Shown here piece after piece: positions 36,612-48,741 of a stretch of 64,000 nt of DNA. This DNA is from Lytechinus pictus. Lineage: Eukaryota. Location of the stretch: positions 5,210,001 through 5,274,000 of the forward strand of contig NC_087250.1 of assembly GCF_037042905.1 (NCBI RefSeq), in the 5' to 3' direction. A model generated the notes under the pieces. The model worked only from the letters and a program-made list of their open reading frames with translations. It was not told the DNA's origin and did no database searches. Numbering within the stretch: position 1 is the stretch's first letter; every line of letters begins with the position of its first letter. Position numbers and translations under genes: made by a program.

Positions 36612-38098
36612 CTGATGTACTTGACAAGGGTTAATTGTGCCACACCCCACCCCCATTCACTTTTTATTTCGGATTTTCCTCATCGTAACAGAAGCAAAGT
36701 TTGTGACCCCCCCCCCTGAATATTCTTAATAAGCTGTAGCCATTAGAGATTTGCTACCTAGTCTTCAATATAGTCCGGGGGCTGGGAGAGTTTATTGAGC
36801 TGATCCGGTACAAAAGGTTCAATGGTCCCATCATGTTGGCATGAAGGCAGTGATCAAATAAAAGTGGTGCTGCCAGGCCATATCCTGTACGGAAGGCCCC
36901 GATGGCCTCAAATAGGGGACCAAAAAATTGGTTTATTCAGCTAAAAAGGTACATGGCTAATTCTTTTTGCAATGGAGATTTTCAAAAATACCCATGCCAG
37001 CAACTTTATCCTGTACAGGGGTCCAGACAGTAGCCCCAAAGGGCCCATATATGTCCCACAACTAATCTATTCAGCTGAAAATGTACACGGATAATTCCTT
37101 TTGCAATGGAGGCAGTATACAAGTATACAATGCGATTTAAAAAGAAAAATCCATGCCAGCAACGTTGTCCTGTATAGGGGCCCAGACAGTAGGCCCGAAG
37201 GGCCCCCCGAAAATGGGTTTATTCAGCTGAAAAGGTACATGGCTATTTTTTTGCAATGGACCGAGTATACATCGGGATTTCCCAAAGTACCCATGCCAGC
37301 AACTTTATCCTGTACGGGGGCCCAGACAGTAGCCCCAAAGTGCCCATATTTTCCTGTATATGTCCCACAACTAATTTATTAGGCTGAAAATGTACATGGA
37401 TAATTCCTTTTGCAATGGAGGCAGTATACATTGGGATTTTCCAAAATACCCATGCCAGCAACTTTATCCTGTACAGGGGCCCAGACAGTAGGCCCAAAGG
37501 GCCCCCCGAAAATGGGTTTATTCAGCTGAAAAGGTACATTGCTAATTTATTTTGCAATGGACCGAGTATACATCGGGATTTACCAAACTACCCATGCCAG
37601 CAACTTTATCCTGTACAGGGGCCCAGACAGTAGGCCCAAAGGGCCCCCTGAAAATGGGTTTATTCAGCTGAAAAGGTACATGGCTAACTTCTTTTGCAAT
37701 GGACCAAGTATACATCGGAATTTTCCAAAATACCCATGCCAGCAACTTTATCCTGTACGGGGGCCCAGACAGTAGCCCCAAAGGGCCCATATATGTCCCA
37801 CAACTAATTTATTCACCTGAAAAGGTACATGGCTAATTCATTTTGCAATGGAGGCAGTATACAATGTAATTTAAAAAGAAAAACCCATGCCAGCAACTTT
37901 GTCCTGTATAGGGGCCCAGATAGTAGGCCCGAAGGGTCCCCGAAAATGGGGTTATTCAGCTGAAAAGGTACATGGCTAATTCTTTTTTAAATGGAATCTG
38001 CATACTTTAAGGCTCACAAAACTACCCATGCCACCAGCATTATACCTGTGTGTGGGGTCCAAGACATTATTCATACAGGGCCCATTAGAATGGTGCCT

Positions 38099-38133
<35 letters not shown>

Positions 38134-39219
38134 TCGGGGGGATACAAAAGAACATGAAGGCCTTCATTGATAACAATGTAAGGGATGGGAGTGTTCAGGA
38201 ATATCCAGCCGGATGAGACACAATAATATGGCCCCTGAAATGATATTGTGGCTAATCTAGCTCCACGCCCTGAACATGCTGAACTTCTTTTTATTGGGAT
38301 TGCCTGACATTGTATAATGGCAACAGCCGCATATTCTGATTTGCCTTCAACTACTTATAAGTGCTTCCAGACTACTGTACATCATGGCTTCCACTACTCA
38401 GGTGAGAAATGTTAATTGTACTCATATTTTTATTCAAACCGATTTGACTGATTAAACTATCTGTTGAACATTATAATGATCAAGCATCATCCATTACTTA
38501 TTAACAATAAAAGTTCTCTCTCTCTCTCCCTATCCCTATCCACCCCCCCTCTCTCTCTCTCTATCTGCCTCTCCTCCTTCCCATCTCTCTCACAACACAA
38601 GTAGTTTTCAATACCATACTTTATCCGTATTATTTATTTTGTAATTATCTGTGTTATTGTTTGAATATTTTTTGTGTATTTATTACCTTGTGAATACATC
38701 GCTATTCGGCATTAGCCGCGATGATGTATTGATTTTTATTAATAAACCATTTATATATCTATTTATCTATCTAAATAGAAAGAAAAGTAACTGAAATGAG
38801 AGAAAGGGGAGAATTGGTAAATACCACACCTTTAAGGTTAATAAATAAAAATAATATTTTATTCCGGCCTTTAACTATTATCACCAAAAGTAATACATGT
38901 TAGTATTAGGCACACGGTAATATACTCCAGTATCCATAGCCCTTGTGATAATTACAAACCACTTGAAAGATAATTACAAACCACCTCGCTTCGCTCGCCC
39001 ACATATTGATATCATACCGACTTCAGTAACTAAGAAAACTGTTATAATATAGGTATTTAAAAATCGTCATAAGCTTAAAAGGAAAGATCGTAATATTAGC
39101 TAGGTACACGCTCATAATATCCTGTGTTTTGGGTGTCCCCCAAATTTTGAATTTTCATCTCAATATTTCTATGATCACCCACTGCTTGGACCGGATATAC
39201 GTCACTGGGGAATGAGAGG

Positions 39220-39950
39220 CAATGAGAAGGAAAAGAAGAGAGGGGGAGAGGGAGAGAAGGGAAAAAAAGGGGGAAATGTGAGGGGCAATGGGAAAAGGGA
39301 GCTGGAGAGGAAAGAAGTGAAGGGAATAGAGGGGAAAAAATGGAGAACGGGAGAAGTAAAATAAGGGGGAAGGGAATGGGACTGAGGGAGAAGTTCAAGT
39401 TTATTTCATTTCTCAACTCAATAAAAGATAATGAATAATTACGAATAAGAATTGTCCTGTATGAGAAGAGAAAGGGAGAGTGGAAAGGACAGAAAGTGAA
39501 AAAAGAAGGAAAAAGTAAAGGGGGAAGAAATGGAGGAAATAGAAAACGAAAAGAGATTAGAGGAGGGAGAAGAAAAGGAAGGGGAGGAAAGAGAGAAAAT
39601 GAGGAGAGGAATACAGATGGGAGAGAGAGTGAAGGGGACAAAGAGAAAGAATGAGAAGGAAAGAACGAAGAGGGGAGAGAAGGGGAATTGGGAAGAGAAA
39701 AACGAGAAAGGAAATAGAGATCCGGAGAGAAAAGGAAGGGAGAGAGAGAAGGAAGGAAGCTGGGAGAGACTAAAGAAAAGGGAGAGTGAACAAAATAGAG
39801 GAGAGGGGGAAGGGGAAGGAAAGAGAAAGAGGAAATGTAAAAACTAGGAGAGATAGAGGAAGAACAGAATAAAAGATAGAGAAAATGAGAAAAAGAAGAA
39901 TGGATTAAGGAAAGTGATTGAGGAAACAGAAGAATTAAATATAGAGACGA
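39220..39950 (+). repeat. Polypurine GA-rich low-complexity tract
   Basis: Strong A/G strand bias with spurious ORFs. Confidence 0.85.
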
Positions 39951-40987
39951 TTGTCAAGGTCTTAAAAGCGACTCGGGCTTAACGTGTAACTCGCCGGGTA
40001 AGTTCGCGAAAAAGTGTTCTATTGCAAATATAATGTACGCGCGCGCACTGAATGGGGAGTTTGTGCGAGAAAATCAATTCAGTACCGTACACGGTATCAT
40101 CAATTTTCCATAAAATACCTGAGTATTATTGAAAGAATCGTACTATATCAGTTATGTAATGTTAGTGAGTAATTATATAACTGCGGGCGTGAATTTATAC
40201 AATCTAATGCACTTATTCGATATTTGTATGTAATAACATCGCCAACAAATATTGCGGTGATTGCTTTGAATACTCTTGCCTTGGCTGCTCTATCTGTCTC
40301 TAGCGGTGTGACGCTGACAGTGCATGCGGAGAGTTCCGGCGAATGACTAACCTGAATTTCGTTTAGGTTTATACGGTTTCCAAATAGGCGGAACGGGTCA
40401 TATCGCCATGGATTAACTGTGTTACGGTGTTTGGGTTGCAAGTTCTAATCCTCGACATTGTTTAATACATGCATGCTGACTGTCAAGTTGACTCACTTCT
40501 GTTATTCGAGAATAGATCTTCTTATAGCAGTGTAATTAATTGACTGTCTGTGTACCTCTGGCTCTAGACCAAAAGTTTTGGTCTCTGTAACTTATAATTA
40601 TATTGGTTGTTCCGCTGAACTCCGTTGTGGCTCCACTCACCAAATACAGAGACCAAAGTTCTAATTCAATCTGTACAGGGACTCAATGGCCATATGTTTA
40701 TTTATTAAGTTGAATAAACCAGGGAAGTGGGAGTTGCATGACAGCCGAAGTAAGTCACTGTTTTTCTCTCCTTTTAATTTTTTAAAGGTTGTTTTTTATC
40801 CTTTATTAATGGGGCAAAACCAGTGATGGGGCTGGGATAATTAAGCTGGATTTGCTGGCTTACCTTCAGCTTAACAATATGGGTTTGGAGCTCATGAACC
40901 TACCAATTTCCATCCTTAAATGTGGAATCTCTAACTAGATTCTGGAACAATTATGGTTGACCTGAGGGAGGGGGGCAGTGGTTGATA

Positions 40988-41212
40988 CACAGCAAAAACT
41001 GTGGTGTTAACCGGTGTACATAAAGGAACACACCAGTCATTTTACACCGGTGTTAAATTGACAGTGTTAGGTGTTATTACAACACTTTTGGTTGTTACAC
41101 TTACACTAGCTGGTGTGACATTCAATCTCTAGTGTGTAATTTTAGCACTTCAGGGTGTGGTCCTCTATAGACACCTACTGGTATCAGTTTTAACACCACA
41201 GTTTTTACAGTG
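40988..41212. mobile_element. EnSpm/CACTA-like MITE (CAC...GTG, 2-bp TA TSD)
   Basis: TA|CACAGCAAAAACTGTGGTGTTAA ... TTAACACCACAGTTTTTACAGTG|TA. Confidence 0.7.
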
Positions 41213-41277
41213 TAGCCAGTTGAAAATAAAAAAAGTAATAGTGAGATGGTACACCCGTGATACATGACAATTCAGGC

Positions 41278-42242
41278 TTTTTATGCCCCGCAGACGAAGT
41301 CCGGAGGGGGCATTAAGCGTTGCCCTTGTCCGTCCATCTGTCTGTCCCCCCCACTTGGTTTCCAAGCAATAACTCGACAAATATTTAATGGATTTCAAAA
41401 ATGTTTGGTGTGTAGGTAGATGACACTAAAATACAGGCTAAGCTTGAATTCAGAGTCTGCAGGTCAAAGGTCACAGCTCATTAAATATGCAAGTTGGCTT
41501 CCAGCTCATTAAATATGCGAGTTGGTTTCCGCGCAATAACTCGAAAATTATTTAATGGATTTTAAAAATGTTTGGTGTGTAGGTAGATGACACCAAAATA
41601 CAGGCTAAGTTTGAATTCGGAGTCCGCATGAAGGTCAAAGGTCACAGCTCATTAGATATGCAAGTTGGTTTCCGCACAATAACTTGAAAAATATTTAATG
41701 GATTTTTTAAATGTTTGTTGTGAAGGTAGATGATACTAAAATTCAGGCTAAGTTTGAATTCGGAGTCCGCAGGTCAAAGGTCACAGCTAGTTAAGTATGT
41801 GAGTTGGTTTCCGCGCAAAAACTCGAAAAATATTTAATGGATTAAATTTGTTTGGTATGTAGGTAGATGACACCAAAATACAGGCAAAGTATGAATTCGG
41901 AGACCGCTGTTCAAAGGTCACATCTCATTAAATATACGAATTTGTTTCATCATAACTTTAAAAGTTTATGAATCTGACTCATGAAACTTGGACATAAGAG
42001 TAATCAGGTATCACTGAACATCCTGTGCAAGTTTTAAGTCACATGTTCAAGGTCAAAGGTCATGTAAGGTCAATGAACTTTGGCCATGTTGGGGGTATTT
42101 GTTGAATTACCATTATATCTCTGTAAGTGTATTGGTCTAGTTCATAAAACGTGGACGTAAGAGTAACCAAGTATCACTGAACATCTTGTGCGAGTTATAG
42201 TAGTTTTCAGAGTCAGCACTGCTGCTATATTGAATCGCGTTA
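41278..42242 (-). mobile_element. Helentron/HINE-like element in reverse orientation with a ~140-bp array
   Basis: T-run followed by an ATGCCCC...GGGGCAT hairpin, (GTCC/GTCT)n, and about 4 tandem units. The segment at 42210-42242 is the reverse complement of ~35641-35670. Confidence 0.65.
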
Positions 42243-42964
42243 CTCTACTTGTTACTCTAATCTCGATATGCTCTCCAAATCTTGAAGCAATGTAAGTATT
42301 TTTATAACACTTTTCATTTGCTTTCATCCAACATGCAGATTTAAGTTATCGAAACAAGGCATTATGACTGGAACATGAAGGCAATCAATGCAGAGGAAGA
42401 AAAATTATCTTTTATGGTGAACTCTGCGGGCATCCCATTTTTTTCAAATGCCCCCAGTTAAGTCAACAATGGAACTTTCCAAGAAGAGGGAAGATGGCCT
42501 ATAGAAAGATATCCGCCCATTTTTAGATGAGGAAAAGGTAGATCCTCTCAGCATGATCTGACCAATGCGGTGATGTCTTTTAAGTCAAGCGCACACCTTA
42601 CGACCCGATCCAGCGTCACAGCTCTTGTCAGCTTGAGAGTCGCAGACCGGTCAGAGACAAGTCGCAAGGAAAACCGTAAGGAACGGCAGGCTCAATCCAA
42701 CTTCCAACAAATCAGACAGCAGAGTTGCACGACGCGTATATGATATACAACTTGCATACGCTGTACGTAGTAAGCGCTATTTTCTCAGTTGCTATGGCAA
42801 AAAGCGCAGCATGCGTGAGTCAAAGACAGCATAGCATGAAAGTCGGATCGCAAGGTGTGCGGTGTCGAGGCTTATGACTACCATGCAATTTAAGCTTCGA
42901 CACTGCACACCTTGCGATCCGACTACCATGCTGTCTGCTACTCACGCATGCAATATAAGGCCAG

Positions 42965-43144
42965 GGGGTGTTTCACAAAGATTTAAGTATGACTTAGAGT
43001 CGCACTTAAATGCCTCATTACGTGCGACATAAAAGGCATGACCGCATTGGTTAGGTCATGAGTAGAGGCAGAGCACTACTGCCTATTTGCGTTGGCATTT
43101 AAGTGCTACCTAAGTCATACTTAAATCGTTGTGAAACACCACCC
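42965..43144. mobile_element. Harbinger-like MITE (GGGGTGTTTCACAAAG family)
   Basis: CCAGGGGGTGTTTCACAAAGATTTAAGTATGACTTAG ... CTAAGTCATACTTAAATCGTTGTGAAACACCACCCTGG. Confidence 0.65.
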
Positions 43145-43149
43145 TGGTT

Positions 43150-45290
43150 ACATTGTAAAGCCAGGTTACACTATAAGTTGTTTCAATTTTAAGCCAAGTT
43201 ACTATTTAATGTTGGGTTACATTACAAGGCAAGACTACATTATCCGGCCATGTTACACTTTTAGTCAGGTTACACTATAAGGTCAGTGGTGTTTCACAAA
43301 GATTTTAATATGACTCTTACATGATATGCAACATTAATCTTTTTTATCAATACCGTACGCAATAGTGCGAGTCCTCTCAGCATGATCTGACCAATGCAGT
43401 GATGTATTTAATACTGCATGCAAGTAGGCCCAGATTACACTTTTAGATCAATATACCTTCTAAAGCCTGGTTACGCTTTAAAGAAGGTAAGTCTTTAAAG
43501 CAGGTTAAATTATTAGGAGAAGTTACACAATAAGCACATGAATCACACTTAAAAGGTGTATGGAAGCCACTTGACTTTTCAATTGCAGGTTACATTATAA
43601 GGCAAGGTTACACAATAAGCACAGGTATCACACTATCAGGCAACTCAGCCTAGATTACACTAAAAGATCAGGATACATTTTAAAGTCAGGTTTAAAGCAA
43701 GGTTACTGTTTTAAGAAGTTAACTCTTTGCAGGTTACACTATAAGGCCATGTTACACAATAAGCACAGGTATCACACTTTAAAGCCTATCAAAGCCAGAT
43801 TACTTTTTAATTCCAGGTTACATTATATAGGCCAGGGGGTGTTTCACAAAGATTTAATTATGACTTAGAGTCGCACTTAAATGCCTAGTTTTGCGCGGTA
43901 TAAAAGCCATGACCGCATTGCGCATTGGTCAGATCATGCAAAGAGGACGCGCACTATTGCGTATTTTACCGTGTTTACACTTAATTGGCAATTGGTTCTG
44001 AACCAAATGCCGATGCAGAATCGGCATTTGGATTGCGTTTACACGTTGTTACAGCTCGCGGTTCAGAACCGCGAGCCGATGCAAAAACCTGAAATGATAC
44101 GCATACCTACAATATACGTCATAATAAAGACAACGCTGGATCAGTGCGCTTACAATTACGTCACAATGGTAAAGTAATTGAAATGCGCACAAATTGCCGG
44201 TGCAGAATCGGCTTTCTGTTTACACGTAGTAAAAAAGCCGATTCTGCATCGGCTCACGGTTCAGAACCTACTACTTTGGTGGTGCAAATTGCCGGTTCTG
44301 AACCGCGAGCCGATTCAAGTTGCTCGCGTTTACACGCTATGAAAAAGCCGATGCTGAATCGGCTCGCGGTTCAGAACCGCGAGCCGATTCAAATGCCGAT
44401 TAAGTGTAAACACGGTATTAATGAATTAGATTGCGCGTTGCATTTTAGATACGCGTCGGCATTTAAGTGCGATTTAAGTCATACTTAAATCTTTGTGAAA
44501 CACCCCCCAGGTTACGTTGACCATGTTTCAGTTTTAACCTAGTTACTCTTTAATGTTGGGTTACATTACAAGGCAAGACTACATTATCAGGTCATGTTAC
44601 ACTTTTAGTCAGGTTACACTATAAGGTCAGGGGTGTTTCACAAAGATTCAAATATGACTCTTACATGACATGCAACGTGAATCTTTTTTATCAATACCGT
44701 ACGCAGTAGTGCGAGTCCTCTCAGCATGATTTGACCAATGTGGTGATGTCTTTTATACTGCACGCAAGTAGGCCCAGATTACACTTATAGATCAGGATGC
44801 ATTCTAAAGCCAGGTTACACTCTAAAGCCTGGTTATGCTTTAAAGAAGGTAACTCTTTAAAGCAGGTTAAATTATTAGGCCAGGTTACAAAATAATCGCA
44901 TGAATCACACTTCAAAGTCTATGGAGGCCACATGAGTTTTTAATTGCAGGTTACATTATAAGGCAAGGTTACACAATAAGCACAGGTATCACACTATCAG
45001 GCAACTAGGCCCAGATTACACTAAAAGATCAGGATATATTTTAAAGCCAGGTTTAAAGCAAGGTTACTGATTTAATAAGTTCACTCTTTGCAGGTTAAAC
45101 TATAAGGCCAGGTTACACAATAAGCACGGGTTTCAAACTTTAAAGTCTATTAACAAAGCTAGATTACTTTTTAATTGCAGGTTATATTGTAAGGCCCGGT
45201 TATAAGTTGTTTCAATTTTAAGCCAAGTTATTATTTAATGCTAGCTCACATTACAAGACCTGGCTACATTATCAGGCCATGTTACACCTT
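43150..45290 (+). repeat. Degenerate GGTTACA(C/T)TATAAG minisatellite block, locally duplicated
   Basis: A ~650-680-bp unit occurs at ~43180-43830 and ~44525-45200, with a partial third copy from ~45207. Confidence 0.75.
43836..44507. mobile_element. Harbinger-like MITE containing a nested MITE (43967-44417)
   Basis: Outer GGGGTGTTTCACAAAG ... CTTTGTGAAACACCCC; inner TACCGTGTTTACACTTAAT ... ATTAAGTGTAAACACGGTA. Confidence 0.75.
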
Positions 45291-45573
45291 AATTCCAGAA
45301 GCTACTGCTATATCAGACTTTGTTCTTGTACTAAAAGTCTTCAGATTACTAAAAAATAGTGGTCATAAAACTGTCTGGGAGTTATGCTTAATTTTATACC
45401 TAAAAAGCCATTTGTGACTTTGAGGATTTTTTCACTCCTATTTTGGGGGGGATTTTTTTTACAAAAACATCACGCTGATCATTTCATGACATGAATGCAA
45501 GCAAGAATAAAACCTGAAAAATAAACATTTCTAATTATATGCATTCTAATTTTATATGAATAAAACAAGGATC

Positions 45574-45809
45574 AATAGACCGGTTTACTAACATATTCCA
45601 ATTTTATGCATACCAGTTTAACAAAGGTTGCTTCTAACAACCGGAAAGCTTGCCTGATATTTGCCGAAAATAGCAACAACTAATGTATGCAAAGTGGATT
45701 CCAAGTATTGAAATACCATTAATAGGTACAGGTTAATAGAATAACTCGTTACTAGGCCCCGATGGAAGAAACATTCATGAATTTGACTATATTAGTAAAC
45801 CGGTCTATT
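45574..45809. mobile_element. Short MITE with 18-bp perfect TIR
   Basis: AATAGACCGGTTTACTAA ... TTAGTAAACCGGTCTATT. Confidence 0.7.
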
Positions 45810-47360
45810 CCAGGGCGTCACTGGTACCTATCCCCTGTTGGCTGCGAGCTGCTCATTGTTGGAAAGTGAACATTGCGCGTTGGATCTCAAATCAAAAGTT
45901 TTTTTATTAGAATATCTCTTTTACAGTTTTATTGATCAAATTCGTATATATCCAATATATAGTATTCCTCTGGTAAGTATGGAGTCAGAAGACATGTAAC
46001 TGTTATTATTTTGGCTATATAGATCCATAATGTTTTGGATATTCATGTTTGTGCAATCATCAATTTCAGGTTTCTGACGGTATCAGGATTGGGTTCTGGC
46101 TTAGTGGTCGAGGATTTGGCTTTGCGTCCCACCCCCACCCACAAACAACAATATATAGTTGACTTGCCATATTATTGTATTTTAATAACTCAGGTATATG
46201 ATTTTTTTTATATTCTAAGAATTTTATGTCGTATATATAATGCTTTTGTCTAGTTTTGTTTTCAGGAGTTTCACAGAAGACACAGAGTATTCATTTGCTT
46301 TATACTTCGCTTTATTTTGCTGCTTTGTTCTCCTTAACAAGATATATGTAGCATCATTTTGCTAGTACGTTTGTTTCTTTTGATTGCTCTTTCTTTTATG
46401 TACATATATTTTATAGAAACAGGCCCACTCCACCTCAAGTAAAAGGTAGTCTTGTACACATCGGGGTGTGGCCTTCTAATCTAAATTGTTTGGTCTTCCT
46501 TATGGTATGAGATATATGGAGTTTAATTTAAACTATTATTTGAATAGTTTTGTGGAGTAGAGTATTTGTTACCCATACAGATAACATGACTTTTGTCTTT
46601 CTTAATCTAAGAGTTTTATGAAGTATATTGACGACTAGATTTGCTTCACATCTCAGTGTATTTTGTTGATTTTTTCTTCAATAAAGTTACATCAGCACTT
46701 TATATGCCCATGTGTTTCTTGAGTGCTTTATGTACTGTATCTTAAGCTTATTATAATGAATTACATTAATTCATTTTATAATGTTTAAGCCTGGTGATGC
46801 TTCAGTTACTTGATGTATGTCAAATTCATAGATGCCTTAAAATTAATGTTGGGGTGTTGCATGAAAATATTTGCGATAAATTGCAAATTTATGATGGAAA
46901 TTTACAAGTAATAGATCAATTTAAACTAAAGCAAATCAATTTATACTTGTTGATGCAAAAAGCAGGCCATCAGTCAGTTACAAATTTGCAATGAAATGCA
47001 TGAATTTCAATTGATTTTGGGAACTGAAATTGACTTGCGATCAATTGCAAGTTTCTTGCAACACCCAATAAGAGTACAGAATATATGAATAATGTGTGTG
47101 AGCACCAGCACTGGTATGAGGCAAGTAAAAGTATTGTGGAAATATGAAAAGATGTGACAAATATGAGAAAAGATGAGCATGAGAAGACTGAGAAACATCT
47201 AAAATTATCTTTGAACCAGGACTTCGATTTAGCTAATTTATAGAGAAATGCTATGCACTGAGGCCAAAAATCAAAAGAAATTAAGAAAATGATATCTTTG
47301 CAGATCTTGCTTTTCTTCTTTTACAAATAAACAATTTTTACCAAAGAGTTTACCTTATGA

Positions 47361-47942
47361 AGGGATGGTCCCAGCTGGAGATATTTACATATCAATACAC
47401 AGAGTGAAATTCACAAAGCAAAATGCTGAAAGTTTTATAAAAATCGGATAACAAATAACAAAGTTATTAAATATTAAATATTTGCATTTTGCCGGTGAAA
47501 TAGTTCTAGGCATGTATTTATGAATATTCATTAGGTGGGCTGATGATATCCTTTCCCACTTGTTCTTTTGTATTTCATTATATGAAATTAGGTTTATTCA
47601 AAAAATTTATACCAAGAACTAAAACAATTGGATTGACAACTGATTAAGTGCATTAGTTATTTACTGCCGCAACTTATTTCATCATAATGGAGACACATCA
47701 TTTACACATGTATGAAAAAATGAAACATTTATGATTTTATGTAATAACATAAGAAAAGGGAAGTGGGGATGTGACATCAGCCCACCTAATGAATATTCAT
47801 GACGATGTGCATATAACTGTTTTCACAAAATATTGATAAAACTTCGTTATTTTTTATCCGATTTTGATGAAATTTTCAGCATTTTGCTCAGTGAATTTAA
47901 CTATTTATTTAGATATAAATATTTTCAGCCCGGATCATCCTT
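47361..47942. mobile_element. Kolobok-like MITE, same family as 4418-4970
   Basis: AGGGATGGTCC ... GGATCATCCTT|TTAA, with internal sequence matching 4418-4970 in opposite orientation. Confidence 0.8.
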
Positions 47943-48076
47943 TTAATGAGGATTTGTTTTGCGACTATTTGAAATGCTAACTTTCATTTCTGACATGGCA
48001 ATAAATGCGGAAGTTTATAACATATGTGTAATCCTTCTTTGTTTACTATTTATGAAAAAAATGGTTAGCTTATTAA

Positions 48077-48741
48077 AGGTCAAGTCCACCCAAGAAAAAC
48101 GTTGATTTGAATAAGTAGAAAAAAATCAAACTAGCATTACTGAAAATTTTATCAAAATCGGATGTAAAATAAGAAAGTTATGACATTTTTAAGTTTCGCT
48201 TATTTTTCTCAAAACAGTGATATGCACAACTCAGTGACATGTTAATAAGACAGTCGATGATGTCCATCACTCACTATTTCTTTTGTTTTCAATTGTTTGA
48301 ATTATAAAATATTTCATTTGTTACAGTTTTAACATTAATGACCAACTTGACTTAACCATATTTTGCAGGGCCTCTTTGTAAATCAGTTCTATAACTGAAA
48401 GGGCTACCCTGTATGAAAACTGAAATAAATAAATATAGCATTAAATAATTCTACTTCCACATGTTCAGGGAGGAATTAATCTTTGTATCACTTGACAATA
48501 AGGAGAAAATGAGAATATTTCAGATAATAAAATACAAAAGAAAGAGTGGATGACGTCATAAGTCTCCTTATTTGCATACTGACCAAGATGTGTATATAAC
48601 TGTTTTGTGAAATTAAGCGAACGTTTTAAATGTCATAACTCCCTTATTTTTCATCCGATTTCGATGAAATTTTCAGTGTTATGCTTGTTAGATTTTTATC
48701 TTTTTATTCAAATCAACTTTTTGTTGGGGTGGACTTGTCCT
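48077..48741. mobile_element. Kolobok-like MITE with TTAA TSD, containing a short LINE 3'-end insert (~48360-48435)
   Basis: TTAA|AGGTCAAGTCCACCC ... GGGTGGACTTGTCCT|TTAA. The insert has CAGGG...CCCTG pairing and an (AAAT)n tail. Confidence 0.8.

Noticed and set aside
37101..37790. Repeating ORFs (HASNFILYRGPDSRP...) mirrored at 55453-57918
   Set aside because: Translations of non-coding subterminal tandem repeats, open in several frames and on both strands.
38248..38305. WLI*LHALNMLNFFLLG, faintly like the Tc1/mariner WPPRSPDLNPLDFFLWG motif
   Set aside because: Too short and degenerate, contains a stop, and no supporting upstream DDD/E motifs were recognised.
39096..39847. 181-aa and 105-aa ORFs
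   Set aside because: Same polypurine/polypyrimidine artefact.
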